From IMG/VR virus record IMGVR_UViG_3300020045_005439, positions 1 through 44,189 of that record: a stretch of 44,189 nucleotides of DNA. One strand, written 5' to 3'. How positions within the stretch are numbered: position 1 is the first letter of the stretch; each line of letters begins with the position of its first letter. This stretch comes from a virus. Its lineage: Duplodnaviria; Caudoviricetes. This document shows, in pieces, positions 8,977 to 19,120 of this stretch. A model generated the notes under the pieces. It was not told where the DNA came from, made no database searches, and saw only the letters and a program-made list of their open reading frames with translations. The position numbers and the translations under genes were made by a program.

Positions 8977-10766
8977 TGGCTAACTGGCGAGTAAGTTTAG
9001 GATTAACAACAACAGGAAGTAATTTAGTTACTAATGGGACATTTACAGGTGGATTAGCTGGATGGACAGCAGATGCAGGATGGACAGGAGTTGGTAATAT
9101 AGCAGATTTTACTCCTGGTGGTGGAGGGGGGCAAGGAGATTTAAGTCAAGCAAGTGTATTTGAAGTAGGTAAAAGATATAGAGTTACTTTTGATAATTTA
9201 GATGCCTTAACAGGAGTAGATACAATAGGTATTAGATTTGGTGATTTTGGATTTGGTCTCTTACAGCCAGGTATAGAAACTGTAACGCAAGAACATAGGG
9301 TTTTATCTGGAACATCAATATCATTTCATGCCGTAGCTTCTGGTGCTACTTCTGTTCAAATAGATAATGTAGTAGTTTTGGAATTAGATTATAATACCCC
9401 AATAACAGACCAACCCATAGGATTAGATGAAGCTAAAATAGTAGTTCAAAAAGATAGAGATTTGGAAGGGCTTATTACAAAATTTATAACAGAACTTACT
9501 TTTTGGGGTGATGGATATGATTATATAAAAGCTCAATTTGATGATAGTTATTGTAATAAGATTCCTGTTTTGTTTGAATATAAATGTACAGAAACTGCCG
9601 AGTTTGAAAGGTTCTTTGAGGGCCATATATATATAAGTGACTGCACTTTTGATCTGCAAAAATGTATGGTTAAATGTACCGTTGAAGATTCTGGCGGTAG
9701 TCAATTATTACAAAGAAATAAAAATGTTAAAGTATTTGCTGATGCAGCAGATTCTAATGAAACAGGTTTAGTACAGGAAGCCCAAGCCACAATAGATCTA
9801 CATGATAATACAGGCGCATATCCAGCGGGCAGCCCATATAATGATAATGATGGATTTCATGTAGGTAGTTTTTTTAGAACCTGTATTCAGGTTGCCACAG
9901 AATTAGAAGTAGATTGTGATACAGATTATTTTGAGTTAGGTGGAGGCGGTGATTTTGAAGACTTATGTATCATATTAGGTAAATTATTGAGGACAGGAAC
10001 ATTGTCCGCTGAATTTGTAGAACAATCCTCCTATTCTTTTAAAGAGTTCTTTCAGGCGTGCAATTCTGTTTTTAATTTAGGTATACAATCGAAGACGGTT
10101 AATGGTGTTCCTATTATAAAAATAGAACCTAAAGAAGATTTATTTAGCAGTACTTCTATTTTAACATTAGTAGACGTTCCAAATATAAAAGCAGAAGTAA
10201 ATAAAGATTTACTTTTTAAAACTATCTCTATTGGATATTCAGCTAGAAATGTAGATGATGATGATGATAGATTTCAATATGTTACAAATGACACATGTTC
10301 TGATAAAGATTTGAATTTAATAAGCAAATTTGTAGCCCAAAGTATTTTAATAGAAGAATTATTAAATGCTACTATTACAGGTACTGAATATGATAAATAT
10401 ACTTATTTCATTGAATGTACTAATACAGGTGGATTTACTTTTGATTCTACAATTTTTGGAGGGAATGCTTTTAACGGCAATTTAGAGAAAGAGGATAATA
10501 TGTTACGATGGGTAGATACTTTGCCAGCCTCTACATTTAAAAATAGAGATACTGGGGAAGTTATTACAAAGACTAATCCACCCCAAGTAATTATATATAA
10601 ATTTGATTATCCACTTTCTAAAACCCAATTCGATTCAATTAGTGATGTGACTCGCCCGATAACTTTTAGTGGTGCTGGAATTACTACGCCATTGGAAGGG
10701 CATATTTTAAAATTGGAATATAACATTAAAACAGGGTTAACAAGTTTTGAACTCTTATCAGAATAA
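8976..10766 (+). CDS. Tail protein with N-terminal carbohydrate-binding-like (galactose-binding/CBM4-9) domain
   Basis: Follows tape measure; NLVTNGTF...W...IDNVVV jelly-roll signature. Confidence 0.7.
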   Translation: MANWRVSLGLTTTGSNLVTNGTFTGGLAGWTADAGWTGVGNIADFTPGGGGGQGDLSQASVFEVGKRYRVTFDNLDALTGVDTIGIRFGDFGFGLLQPGIETVTQEHRVLSGTSISFHAVASGATSVQIDNVVVLELDYNTPITDQPIGLDEAKIVVQKDRDLEGLITKFITELTFWGDGYDYIKAQFDDSYCNKIPVLFEYKCTETAEFERFFEGHIYISDCTFDLQKCMVKCTVEDSGGSQLLQRNKNVKVFADAADSNETGLVQEAQATIDLHDNTGAYPAGSPYNDNDGFHVGSFFRTCIQVATELEVDCDTDYFELGGGGDFEDLCIILGKLLRTGTLSAEFVEQSSYSFKEFFQACNSVFNLGIQSKTVNGVPIIKIEPKEDLFSSTSILTLVDVPNIKAEVNKDLLFKTISIGYSARNVDDDDDRFQYVTNDTCSDKDLNLISKFVAQSILIEELLNATITGTEYDKYTYFIECTNTGGFTFDSTIFGGNAFNGNLEKEDNMLRWVDTLPASTFKNRDTGEVITKTNPPQVIIYKFDYPLSKTQFDSISDVTRPITFSGAGITTPLEGHILKLEYNIKTGLTSFELLSE

Positions 10767-10772
10767 TTAATT

Positions 10773-12779
10773 ATGAGCTATACTATAATACCAAATCAAG
10801 CATTAAAATTAGTGGGCACAGGCGAAACATCATTTAATGATCTAGCTGCCGAATGTAATTGTACAGGGCAAGATTGGTGTCAGCCTAAAAACCAAGACGA
10901 CAGTACTTCCTTTCAAATTGGGCTAGGGACAATAGATGGCGATAATTTAGTTGCCGATGGTGATTTCGATGGCACTCCTGCTAGTGCATGGACATTAGGA
11001 GGCAATTGGGCAATAGCGGCAGGTGTGGCAACCCATACAGTAGGGGCTGGCGGTGATTTAACACAGGACATGAATAATATTATAGCTATTAATAAATATT
11101 ACTGGTTAATCTTTAGTATTGAAAACGCTTCTGGCACAGGTAATATAGATGTTATTTTAGGTGGGGTTACATTAATAACATTGAATGTTGCGACATATAT
11201 AGGTGATGATACGACATTTAATTTATATAAGATTTTCGCAGTAGGAGAGATAACAGATCAGGATTTAATATTTAGAGCAACAGGGGCAGCAAGCGGATTT
11301 AATATAGACGATGTAGTATTATTTGAATTATGTGCAGGACAATTTTATATACAAAATATACAGACAGATGAAATACCAAATGTGTTTAATGCTGATGCCA
11401 CAGAGATAGATCGTTTTGAAGAAGCCGCACTTATTACATTTGACTTCCTAAATACCCCTGATGAAGGCTGCTATAAAATATGTATGTTATGTGGGCCAGA
11501 TAACGAATTTACAGCAGGAGATTTTGGAACACATCAAGATAATGTTACAGGATTAACATCCGACAATCCAAATACAGTACAGGCTAATCCGGTACGATCA
11601 ACAACAGAAAAAAGAACAGGTTTATCAAGTGCATTTGTAGAATTTAAAGCAGCTGCACCAGTAGATGGAGATATGTATATAGCTAATATAACATTAGAAG
11701 CAAATACCAGATATACTGCCTATGGATGGATTTATAACACAGATTCAGCCGAAGCAGATCTTGTTAGAATAGGATTTGAAGTACAAAATATGTCTGGGTT
11801 AACAGGACTATTACCTATGAGTACTTTTAATGATGAACTAGGATCTGATTTCCAAATGATATGTTTAAAATTCACAACAGGTACAGATATATCAGGTCAG
11901 CTTACTATTGCTGCTGATGTAGAAAATGCAGCCGTTTTGGCAGGAGATGATTATTATATTGATGATGTTTCCATTGTTAAAGGAAGTGAAACAATAAAGG
12001 ACGGGGGACTTAATCAAGATTATACTTTTTGGACAACCACAGGTGATGTTGAGATGGTAGATGGAATTGCTAATTTTGGGGCAGGAACAAACAATACAAT
12101 GAGCCAAACTTTAACTAGCCCAATAGCAAATACAATATATAAATTTTCAATTCGTGTAATTGAAATAACAGGTACATTAACCGTAAATTTATTCAATACT
12201 ACGTTTGATATAACCGAAGCGGGTGATTATTTTAGATACCTAGCATCTCCCGATGATGTAACAGGAGCTGAATTAGAATTTTCTACATTAATAGGAACTA
12301 ATCTAAGTATAAATGATATTTCTGTTATAGATGTTGCTCCTGAATTTTGTTCTGAATGTTTAAATGTAAAAACAGATTGGGGTTGTTCCACTAATATATT
12401 ATCATGGACAAATAATGAAACCGCTTTTGGAATAGACTATGAAAACTTTGTTTATACTCAATTTATGAGGTTGGAATCCAAACTATGGAAACCTAAATAC
12501 ATTACCGAGCAAGAAGATTTTACAGATAATGCAGGTAGCCGTACCTTATTATGGGCGAGAAGCAGAAAGCAATTTGACCTTACCATTAGAGATGTTCCAG
12601 AATATATCCATGATGCTTTGCGGCTAGGAGTGATACACGATACTTTTAATATAGAAGGAGAGCAATATATAAAATTAGAGGGCGATTACGAGCCTGAATG
12701 GAGAAACAGCTCATTGACAGCACCAATTACTATTGAAGTAACTCCTCAAACTGAGGATATGCAGAATAGTAATTGTTAG
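10773..12779 (+). CDS. Tail/baseplate protein with about three CBM-like domains
   Basis: NLVADGDF..., IDDVVL, YYIDDVSI, INDISV repeated jelly-roll termini; acidic. Confidence 0.7.
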   Translation: MSYTIIPNQALKLVGTGETSFNDLAAECNCTGQDWCQPKNQDDSTSFQIGLGTIDGDNLVADGDFDGTPASAWTLGGNWAIAAGVATHTVGAGGDLTQDMNNIIAINKYYWLIFSIENASGTGNIDVILGGVTLITLNVATYIGDDTTFNLYKIFAVGEITDQDLIFRATGAASGFNIDDVVLFELCAGQFYIQNIQTDEIPNVFNADATEIDRFEEAALITFDFLNTPDEGCYKICMLCGPDNEFTAGDFGTHQDNVTGLTSDNPNTVQANPVRSTTEKRTGLSSAFVEFKAAAPVDGDMYIANITLEANTRYTAYGWIYNTDSAEADLVRIGFEVQNMSGLTGLLPMSTFNDELGSDFQMICLKFTTGTDISGQLTIAADVENAAVLAGDDYYIDDVSIVKGSETIKDGGLNQDYTFWTTTGDVEMVDGIANFGAGTNNTMSQTLTSPIANTIYKFSIRVIEITGTLTVNLFNTTFDITEAGDYFRYLASPDDVTGAELEFSTLIGTNLSINDISVIDVAPEFCSECLNVKTDWGCSTNILSWTNNETAFGIDYENFVYTQFMRLESKLWKPKYITEQEDFTDNAGSRTLLWARSRKQFDLTIRDVPEYIHDALRLGVIHDTFNIEGEQYIKLEGDYEPEWRNSSLTAPITIEVTPQTEDMQNSNC

Positions 12780-12892
12780 TATGAAAATAGCGATTGGCAT
12801 AGGCCAAAGGAAAATACAGCGTGTTTCTATGTATGTTGGCTAATTTTCCCATGCCAGTATAAACAGGGAAAATAATATTAAAGTAATTTAAT

Positions 12893-13423
12893 ATGGCTTC
12901 ATACAATTGTGCCACCCTCCAAAGTCACGAACTCATTGAGTGCGGGGCATGGAGAAAGGGCGGTATAAGTGCCATAGGTATCTTGGAAATTGATCATACG
13001 ATTACAAGTTTCACAAGTGCTGCGCAAGCGACTGCTGCTATCGTTGCTGGGGATCTAAAGATAATTAAAAATATCAAAGGTCAAATCCCAGAACCTAGTG
13101 CGGTTGAGAATCCAAATCCCGTAGGATGCGGATCAGAAACTATCTTAGATAGCTTCGACAGAACAGTAACTTGGGAAGATAGTAACGTAACGGATGACAA
13201 TATTGATTTCTATAATTCACTAAATAAACGGACAACTTACTTGATCGTTTACCATTGTGAAGAAGCAGAGATTACTGTCATTCAGAGTGAAGTTACATTT
13301 GTTGCCCGTAGAATGGTTCCCGAATCAAATAAGGAACGACAAAAGTTTATGGTAACAGCAAAATGGACTGCATTCGATGAATCACCATTATTCAATGCAC
13401 CTACTGGTATTTATACCACTTAG
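12893..13423 (+). CDS. Major tail (tube) protein, putative
   Basis: 176 aa, GGISAIG near the N-terminus, beta-rich, followed by a terminator. Confidence 0.65.
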   Translation: MASYNCATLQSHELIECGAWRKGGISAIGILEIDHTITSFTSAAQATAAIVAGDLKIIKNIKGQIPEPSAVENPNPVGCGSETILDSFDRTVTWEDSNVTDDNIDFYNSLNKRTTYLIVYHCEEAEITVIQSEVTFVARRMVPESNKERQKFMVTAKWTAFDESPLFNAPTGIYTT

Positions 13424-13428
13424 TAAAT

Positions 13429-13458
13429 AGAGGGGGTTAAAAGCCCCCTTTATTATTT
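13429..13458 (+). terminator. Intrinsic terminator
   Basis: AGGGGGTT-AAA-AGCCCCCT followed by TTATTATTT. Confidence 0.7.
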
Positions 13459-13529
13459 AGATAGGTTTACCAAATTTACCATTTGTATAAAATGAAGTTT
13501 TGGTAGGTTTGGTAGTTTTAATTTAAGGG

Positions 13530-14447
13530 ATGGAAAAAGGAATAACATTACTAGCATTACATGATCAGACTTATGGATGGTGGGCATATAATATGGCTAT
13601 ATCCATAAAGTATCTGAATCCTAAACTTACTATACAGTTAGTTACTGACAAATTAGTTTTGGATGGACTTACCAAATGGCATTTAAAGAAATTCGATATA
13701 ATAACTAAAATAACAGACAAACATAAACAAACTAAAGACCAGTATAACGGAAGGCAATTGCAGTTTGATCCTGCCTTTGCTAAAATGAACCTATACAAGT
13801 ATATAGCCTTTGACCATACTATTTATTTAGATGTCGATGGGTTATGTGTAAGGGATTTAGAATTTCTATTTCAGGAATGTATAGGAATGGAAGGGGGTTA
13901 TTATACAGACCTTATAAACAAAGGTAGATTAGGAGGAACCTTTAAAGATATGGCATGGGCAACACCAGATATAATATGGGAGAAATTTAAATTAGATAAA
14001 GACGCTGTAATGCCATTTACTAATAGCAGTTTTCAATACATAAAAAAATGTACTGAGACCGAGATACTATTTGATACTATTTTAGACTGCTATAATAGTA
14101 GGTTTGAATTAAAAGACTTAAAACATACATGGGGCAAAGGGCAGCCAGACGAGTTGTATTTGAATATAGCATTAACCAAATGTAATATAATGCCTGTGCT
14201 ACCGCTAACAAAGAAGGTGGTAGCATTACGGAATAAAGCAGTTAAGGGTATGGATGACATAACCAAAGAATCCTTTATACTTGGGTTATATGGTATTAAG
14301 AATATACATACGCATACTACAATGGTAGATTTAGCAGAAGTATATCTAAGGAAGATTTATAAAGACATGCTAGATATGGACAATTCATTTAAAGTAAAAT
14401 ATCTAATGAATTTCAAGTATCTAAAAAAGAATAGAGATAACAGATGA
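13530..14447 (+). CDS. GT-A fold glycosyltransferase (GT8-like)
   Basis: FAKMNLY..FDHTIYLDVD (DxD), NSS, QPDE motifs. Confidence 0.8.
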   Translation: MEKGITLLALHDQTYGWWAYNMAISIKYLNPKLTIQLVTDKLVLDGLTKWHLKKFDIITKITDKHKQTKDQYNGRQLQFDPAFAKMNLYKYIAFDHTIYLDVDGLCVRDLEFLFQECIGMEGGYYTDLINKGRLGGTFKDMAWATPDIIWEKFKLDKDAVMPFTNSSFQYIKKCTETEILFDTILDCYNSRFELKDLKHTWGKGQPDELYLNIALTKCNIMPVLPLTKKVVALRNKAVKGMDDITKESFILGLYGIKNIHTHTTMVDLAEVYLRKIYKDMLDMDNSFKVKYLMNFKYLKKNRDNR

Positions 14448-15154
14448 TTGATGTAGTTATACCTATATATAACATTAAAAAGAGGGGGTTCGATAGGCTG
14501 GATTATATGTTGTATTCACTACATAAACAAGATGTAAGAAAAGCAATAATAGTAGATAGTAGTAATGATGGAGGAGAGCACGAGATAAAACATATTACAA
14601 AAAATTATAATTTTGGACAATATTTACATTTAAGATCACAGGAATTTAATAAACCTAAGTTACTTAACTATGGAATCGGGCAAGCTACTACTGATTATAT
14701 TATGTGCACTGACGTTGACTACATTTTTAGTAGCGATTATATTAGAGTGTGCAAAGTACATAGATCGGAAACTAAAATGTTGTATAAAGAAGTTCAAATG
14801 CTGCCGAAAATGATAATACGGAAAAAGAATATAGACATCTGGCAGTTTCCTAAAACAACGGATAACCCACATAATAAATTAGCTAATGGAGCCTGCCAAT
14901 ATACTACTAGAAAATGGTTTATAGAAAACCCTTATGATGAACGAATGAGTGGCTGGGGAGTAATGGATAATATGAATTGCTATATGGCTAAGAAAAGTGG
15001 GTTAGAAATAGAATGGTTGGATCAGGGTAAGATATTGCATCAATGGCATCAGGTTTATAAACTAAGAACATCACAGAGCCATAAAGACTTTAATAGAAAT
15101 GTGCAAATTTTGCACAACTATAGAAGCGAGAATAACCTACCAAAACTTTTATGA
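14444..15154 (+). CDS. Glycosyltransferase family 2 (GT7-C-like C-terminus)
   Basis: IDVVIPIYN, IIVD, CTDVD, YDERMSGWGVMD, LHQWH. Confidence 0.85.
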   Translation: MIDVVIPIYNIKKRGFDRLDYMLYSLHKQDVRKAIIVDSSNDGGEHEIKHITKNYNFGQYLHLRSQEFNKPKLLNYGIGQATTDYIMCTDVDYIFSSDYIRVCKVHRSETKMLYKEVQMLPKMIIRKKNIDIWQFPKTTDNPHNKLANGACQYTTRKWFIENPYDERMSGWGVMDNMNCYMAKKSGLEIEWLDQGKILHQWHQVYKLRTSQSHKDFNRNVQILHNYRSENNLPKLL

Positions 15155-15711
15155 TATACTGTAACATACCATATTGCAATAAAGAAGAAGGTAAAAATCT
15201 GGGTAAGGCGTATAATCGCTTTATGGCTATACTTCCCAATGATGAAGATTACGCTATATTCCTAGACCATGACGCTATGTTTACAACGTATGAATGGTAT
15301 AAGTATATAGAGATGGTTTTAGATATGCACAAGGATATAGCCTTATTCACAGGAGTAACGAATCGCATTATGTGTCCTTACCAAACAGCCAAGAATATAA
15401 ATGTAGATAGCAATGATATAGAATACCATAGAAAGGTAGGGCAACAATTACAGAAAAAACATGGATTAGAAGTAACAGATATAACAAATGAAAAAGTACG
15501 GATAAGCGGTGTTCTAATGATATTGCAAAAGAGAGCATGGAAAAAATCAGGAGGCTTTATAGAGAAAGGGATTTTAGGAGTAGACAATGAAATACATTCA
15601 GCATTGAGGAAGGTAGACGAGAAAGTGTATTTATTGAAAGGCTTGTATGTGTATCACTACTATTCAAATTTTAATATGAGAGGGCAAAGAGATATTAAGC
15701 ATTTACTATGA
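15151..15711 (+). CDS. GT-A fold glycosyltransferase (GT2-like)
   Basis: NLGKAYN, FLDHDAMF (DxD), GGF...LGVD, YVYHYY. Confidence 0.8.
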   Translation: MIYCNIPYCNKEEGKNLGKAYNRFMAILPNDEDYAIFLDHDAMFTTYEWYKYIEMVLDMHKDIALFTGVTNRIMCPYQTAKNINVDSNDIEYHRKVGQQLQKKHGLEVTDITNEKVRISGVLMILQKRAWKKSGGFIEKGILGVDNEIHSALRKVDEKVYLLKGLYVYHYYSNFNMRGQRDIKHLL

Positions 15712-16478
15712 AAATATTAAATACAACAGATAGTCTAAAGGCTTTAACTGAAAGGTTACAACATAGCGATAATGTTACTTATACACGTTTTGGAGATGGC
15801 GATGTATTCCTTACTCATGGCAAAAATCATGGAGGTAAAAACTTCTATAATAAAAAGACAGGTATTAACCAGTTTCCTTTTAATGAAAGCTTACAAAACG
15901 ATTTGAGAGAGGCATTAAAAATAATAGACGAGAATTACATGATAGCTATGACAGGCTGCTATGATAGGGAGCAAGGCATGGATAGAGATATATTAGAACC
16001 CTTTCGATTTTGTTCTAAAATAGAACATATCATTGTTCAGTATTGTAACAGAGAGGTATTTTATAATCCTGTATTATTCCACTATCTGGCGTTATTTAAA
16101 CACAATGTATTTAGGGATTTTATAGATAAATATGTAAAGCCCCATAAGAAATTCTTTATAGGTTCAACCCCTAAAGAGATAGCAGAGAAAATGATAGGCC
16201 ATATAGACTATTATATACAAGTGCCTCCCAATGGTGTATTTAACAATGTGGATAAATGGTATCCCAAAATACTAGAGATTTACTACCATGAAGATTTTAA
16301 AGTAATGATTCCTAATTGCGGGTATGCCACAAGAGTTATCCAGAAAAGATTGTGGTTAGAGAATAAAAGGAATATTTGGAATATAGATATAGGAAGCGTA
16401 TTCGATTCTTTATGGAATAACCAATCCAGAACATGGTTAAGAAAAAAAGGTGATTGCATAGCTAAAAAATATACATGA
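15708..16478 (+). CDS. GT-D fold (DUF1792-like) glycosyltransferase, paralog 1
   Basis: YTRFGDGD and IDIGSVFD motifs. Confidence 0.7.
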   Translation: MKILNTTDSLKALTERLQHSDNVTYTRFGDGDVFLTHGKNHGGKNFYNKKTGINQFPFNESLQNDLREALKIIDENYMIAMTGCYDREQGMDRDILEPFRFCSKIEHIIVQYCNREVFYNPVLFHYLALFKHNVFRDFIDKYVKPHKKFFIGSTPKEIAEKMIGHIDYYIQVPPNGVFNNVDKWYPKILEIYYHEDFKVMIPNCGYATRVIQKRLWLENKRNIWNIDIGSVFDSLWNNQSRTWLRKKGDCIAKKYT

Positions 16479-17245
16479 TTAAAATATATAATACTACCCA
16501 GAGTTTAAAAATGATAACGGATGCTTTAGATAAGCACGATAAAGTATTTTATACACGCTATGGCGATAATGATATTATGATGCTTACAGGTACAGACTTC
16601 TATAACAAGCCATTAGAGAATAGGAAGTATGGAGGCAATAAAACACAATGGTCAGAGGCTTTACAGAAAGAACTTTATACGGCATTTGCAATAAAAGACC
16701 CATGCTATTTAAAAGGTGTAAGTTATAATTGGGAGTTAGAGCCAGGCATGCGAGAAGGATTATTTGCCAGCTTTAATTATAAAGGAGCCTTAAGAGATAA
16801 GTTAAGAACTATAACCAAAGAAGATAAATTTCTTATCCCTGTATTATTTCACTATTTAATAGTATTTAAACCCGATATATTTCAGAACTTTATAAATAAA
16901 TATATTAAACCATATAAGAAGTTATTTATAGGTTGTATAGATAAAGACATTGTAGAAAGGGTGGTGGGTAAAATAGATTATTACGTACAAACACCAGAGA
17001 TAACAGCGTATAATGATATAAATAATTGGTGGCCTAAAGTAGAAGAAGCATTACAAGACAAAAAACTAAAAGTGGTATTGCCTAATTGTGGACAAAGCAG
17101 CCGAGTAATACAGGGAAGATTATGGAGCAAAGATTTGAAGATACGATCCTTAGACTTAGGAAGTATCTTCGATCCAATAGCAGGGAAGCCCACTAGAACA
17201 TGCTGGAAAATGGCTGGCAATTTAGTAAAAATGCGTTATCCATGA
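16475..17245 (+). CDS. GT-D fold (DUF1792-like) glycosyltransferase, paralog 2
   Basis: YTRYGDND and LDLGSIFD motifs; colinear with paralog 1 (both 256 aa). Confidence 0.7.
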   Translation: MIKIYNTTQSLKMITDALDKHDKVFYTRYGDNDIMMLTGTDFYNKPLENRKYGGNKTQWSEALQKELYTAFAIKDPCYLKGVSYNWELEPGMREGLFASFNYKGALRDKLRTITKEDKFLIPVLFHYLIVFKPDIFQNFINKYIKPYKKLFIGCIDKDIVERVVGKIDYYVQTPEITAYNDINNWWPKVEEALQDKKLKVVLPNCGQSSRVIQGRLWSKDLKIRSLDLGSIFDPIAGKPTRTCWKMAGNLVKMRYP

Positions 17246-17877
17246 GAATATTTATAACAGGCTGTGCAAAGAGTGGAACTACATTGTTAGCTAGGTTATT
17301 TAGCTATTTTGAAAACGTATATGTGCATCCTAAAGAGATAAATGTTTTTAACAGCAAAGAATTAAAAGCAAAAGAAAAGCATATAATATCTAAGCGAAAC
17401 CAGAAAACAATATTCAGCCAAACGCTATATGATTATGAGATGGGCGAGCAATTATATTTTATTAAAAAAAACAATATAAAAGTTATCAATGTCGTAAGAG
17501 ATGGGCGAGACGTATTACCGTCATTGTTGAATGAGGCTAAATATGATAGGTGGATAGATGCCATAGATCAGAGTATTAAATATAGTAGATATATAGATTA
17601 CCAGATTAAATATGAGGATCTGGTTAATAGGCCAGACGAAGTACAAAAAGAATTGGAGTTGAAATACGGCTTAAAGCCATTGCGTAAATTCTCTCAGTAT
17701 CCTGAGCAAATAGATAAACAGTTGTTTAAAGAAGTGAAAAGAGATGGCAATAAATATTCGCTCAGGCCGATAGATAAAAAGTCATTGAAAAAGAATCTTT
17801 GGTTTTATAAAAGCGTATTGAATCCTAATCAGGTCAGGCAGATGGATTGGCTACTAAAAAAACTTAACTATCTATGA
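17242..17877 (+). CDS. Sulfotransferase (PAPS-dependent)
   Basis: IFITGCAKSGTTLL 5'-PSB loop, VVRDGRDV 3'-PB, IKYEDLV; start moved to the ATGA overlap at 17242. Confidence 0.85.
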   Translation: MRIFITGCAKSGTTLLARLFSYFENVYVHPKEINVFNSKELKAKEKHIISKRNQKTIFSQTLYDYEMGEQLYFIKKNNIKVINVVRDGRDVLPSLLNEAKYDRWIDAIDQSIKYSRYIDYQIKYEDLVNRPDEVQKELELKYGLKPLRKFSQYPEQIDKQLFKEVKRDGNKYSLRPIDKKSLKKNLWFYKSVLNPNQVRQMDWLLKKLNYL

Positions 17878-18422
17878 CTTATAATGTTGTGGAGTATTGG
17901 GACAACAGGGGTAATATAACAAAGGGCGGTAGCCTTTCAGATAAAGAACAGGATTTTATTTTTGAATATGTATATGGTAAAGAAAAGTTATTGGACTTCG
18001 GTTGTGGAAAAGGGCGGTTATTTAATTTGTATCAAACAAATAGGGAGGTGTATGGGTATGATATAACGACCAACCACTCAGACCATTTAAGGGCTATGTC
18101 GGCTAAATATAGGTTGGATTTTAAATTTGTTAAAGGCGAATTAGATTATGAGGTGCTACCTTTTAGAGATCAATTTTTCGATGTGTGTATATGCAGTGAA
18201 GTCTTATTACACCAGTATCCTAATCAGGTAGGAAAAATAATGAATGAATTAGCAAGGGTATCTAAAAAAGTGGCATGTATAACAGCTCTATATAGAGAGG
18301 ATCAAATACCTGCTTCGCATTGCTTTGATCATAATTATATAGATATTTGTGATATATATAAGTTAAAATTATTAAATTATCAAATATATAATAACAGAAT
18401 TTTATTTGCATATACAAAATGA
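17874..18422 (+). CDS. Class I SAM-dependent methyltransferase (Methyltransf_11-like)
   Basis: LLDFGCGKG, LPFRDQFFDV, EVLLH, ELARV. Confidence 0.85.
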   Translation: MTYNVVEYWDNRGNITKGGSLSDKEQDFIFEYVYGKEKLLDFGCGKGRLFNLYQTNREVYGYDITTNHSDHLRAMSAKYRLDFKFVKGELDYEVLPFRDQFFDVCICSEVLLHQYPNQVGKIMNELARVSKKVACITALYREDQIPASHCFDHNYIDICDIYKLKLLNYQIYNNRILFAYTK

Positions 18423-19120
18423 TAGTCGCTAGTTTAGCCACATTACCAGAGAGAGAAAGAGAGCTTAAAAATGCTTTAGAATCTATTTACCCTTATGCAG
18501 ATAAGATATATGTAGCATTAAATAAGTATGAGAACAAGCCTAAATGGTTAAAGGAAAGTCCACTAGGAGATAAAATAGAATCTAAGATTTTGGATAATAG
18601 CACAGGTGATGCCGCCAAATTTTATTTTGTTGATAAGTTAGTAGAACCATGTTATCATTTTGTATGTGACGATGATATCGTATATACAAAAGAGTATTTT
18701 TTATATATGATAGAAAACATAGAGCGATTTAAACGCAAAGCACTAATAACCATACAGGGGCGCATAATTCCTAAAACACCTATTAAAAGCTATTACAGAA
18801 AAGGTACATTGAATATAAGCAGGGCGAGATTTGGCCAGACAAATGATATTCAATTACATATACCTGGCACACATGTATTGGCATATCATACCGATACCAT
18901 AAAGTTTAATTATGCAGATTTTAAGCTGCCTAATATGGCGGATATATGGGTTGGTATTATAGCGCAAAAACATAGAGTGCCTATCATGTCTTTAAAACAC
19001 GATAGTAATTTAATAGGTTATCAACATGTAGATGGGACAATATTTAGAAGGTCATATAAAAATGATAGGTTACAGACCGACGAGATCAATAAAATAAATT
19101 GGACGTTTCCCTCTTTATGA
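18419..19120 (+). CDS. GT-A fold glycosyltransferase
   Basis: ASLATLPER, GDAAKF, VCDDDIVY, NMADIW. Confidence 0.8.
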   Translation: MIVASLATLPERERELKNALESIYPYADKIYVALNKYENKPKWLKESPLGDKIESKILDNSTGDAAKFYFVDKLVEPCYHFVCDDDIVYTKEYFLYMIENIERFKRKALITIQGRIIPKTPIKSYYRKGTLNISRARFGQTNDIQLHIPGTHVLAYHTDTIKFNYADFKLPNMADIWVGIIAQKHRVPIMSLKHDSNLIGYQHVDGTIFRRSYKNDRLQTDEINKINWTFPSL

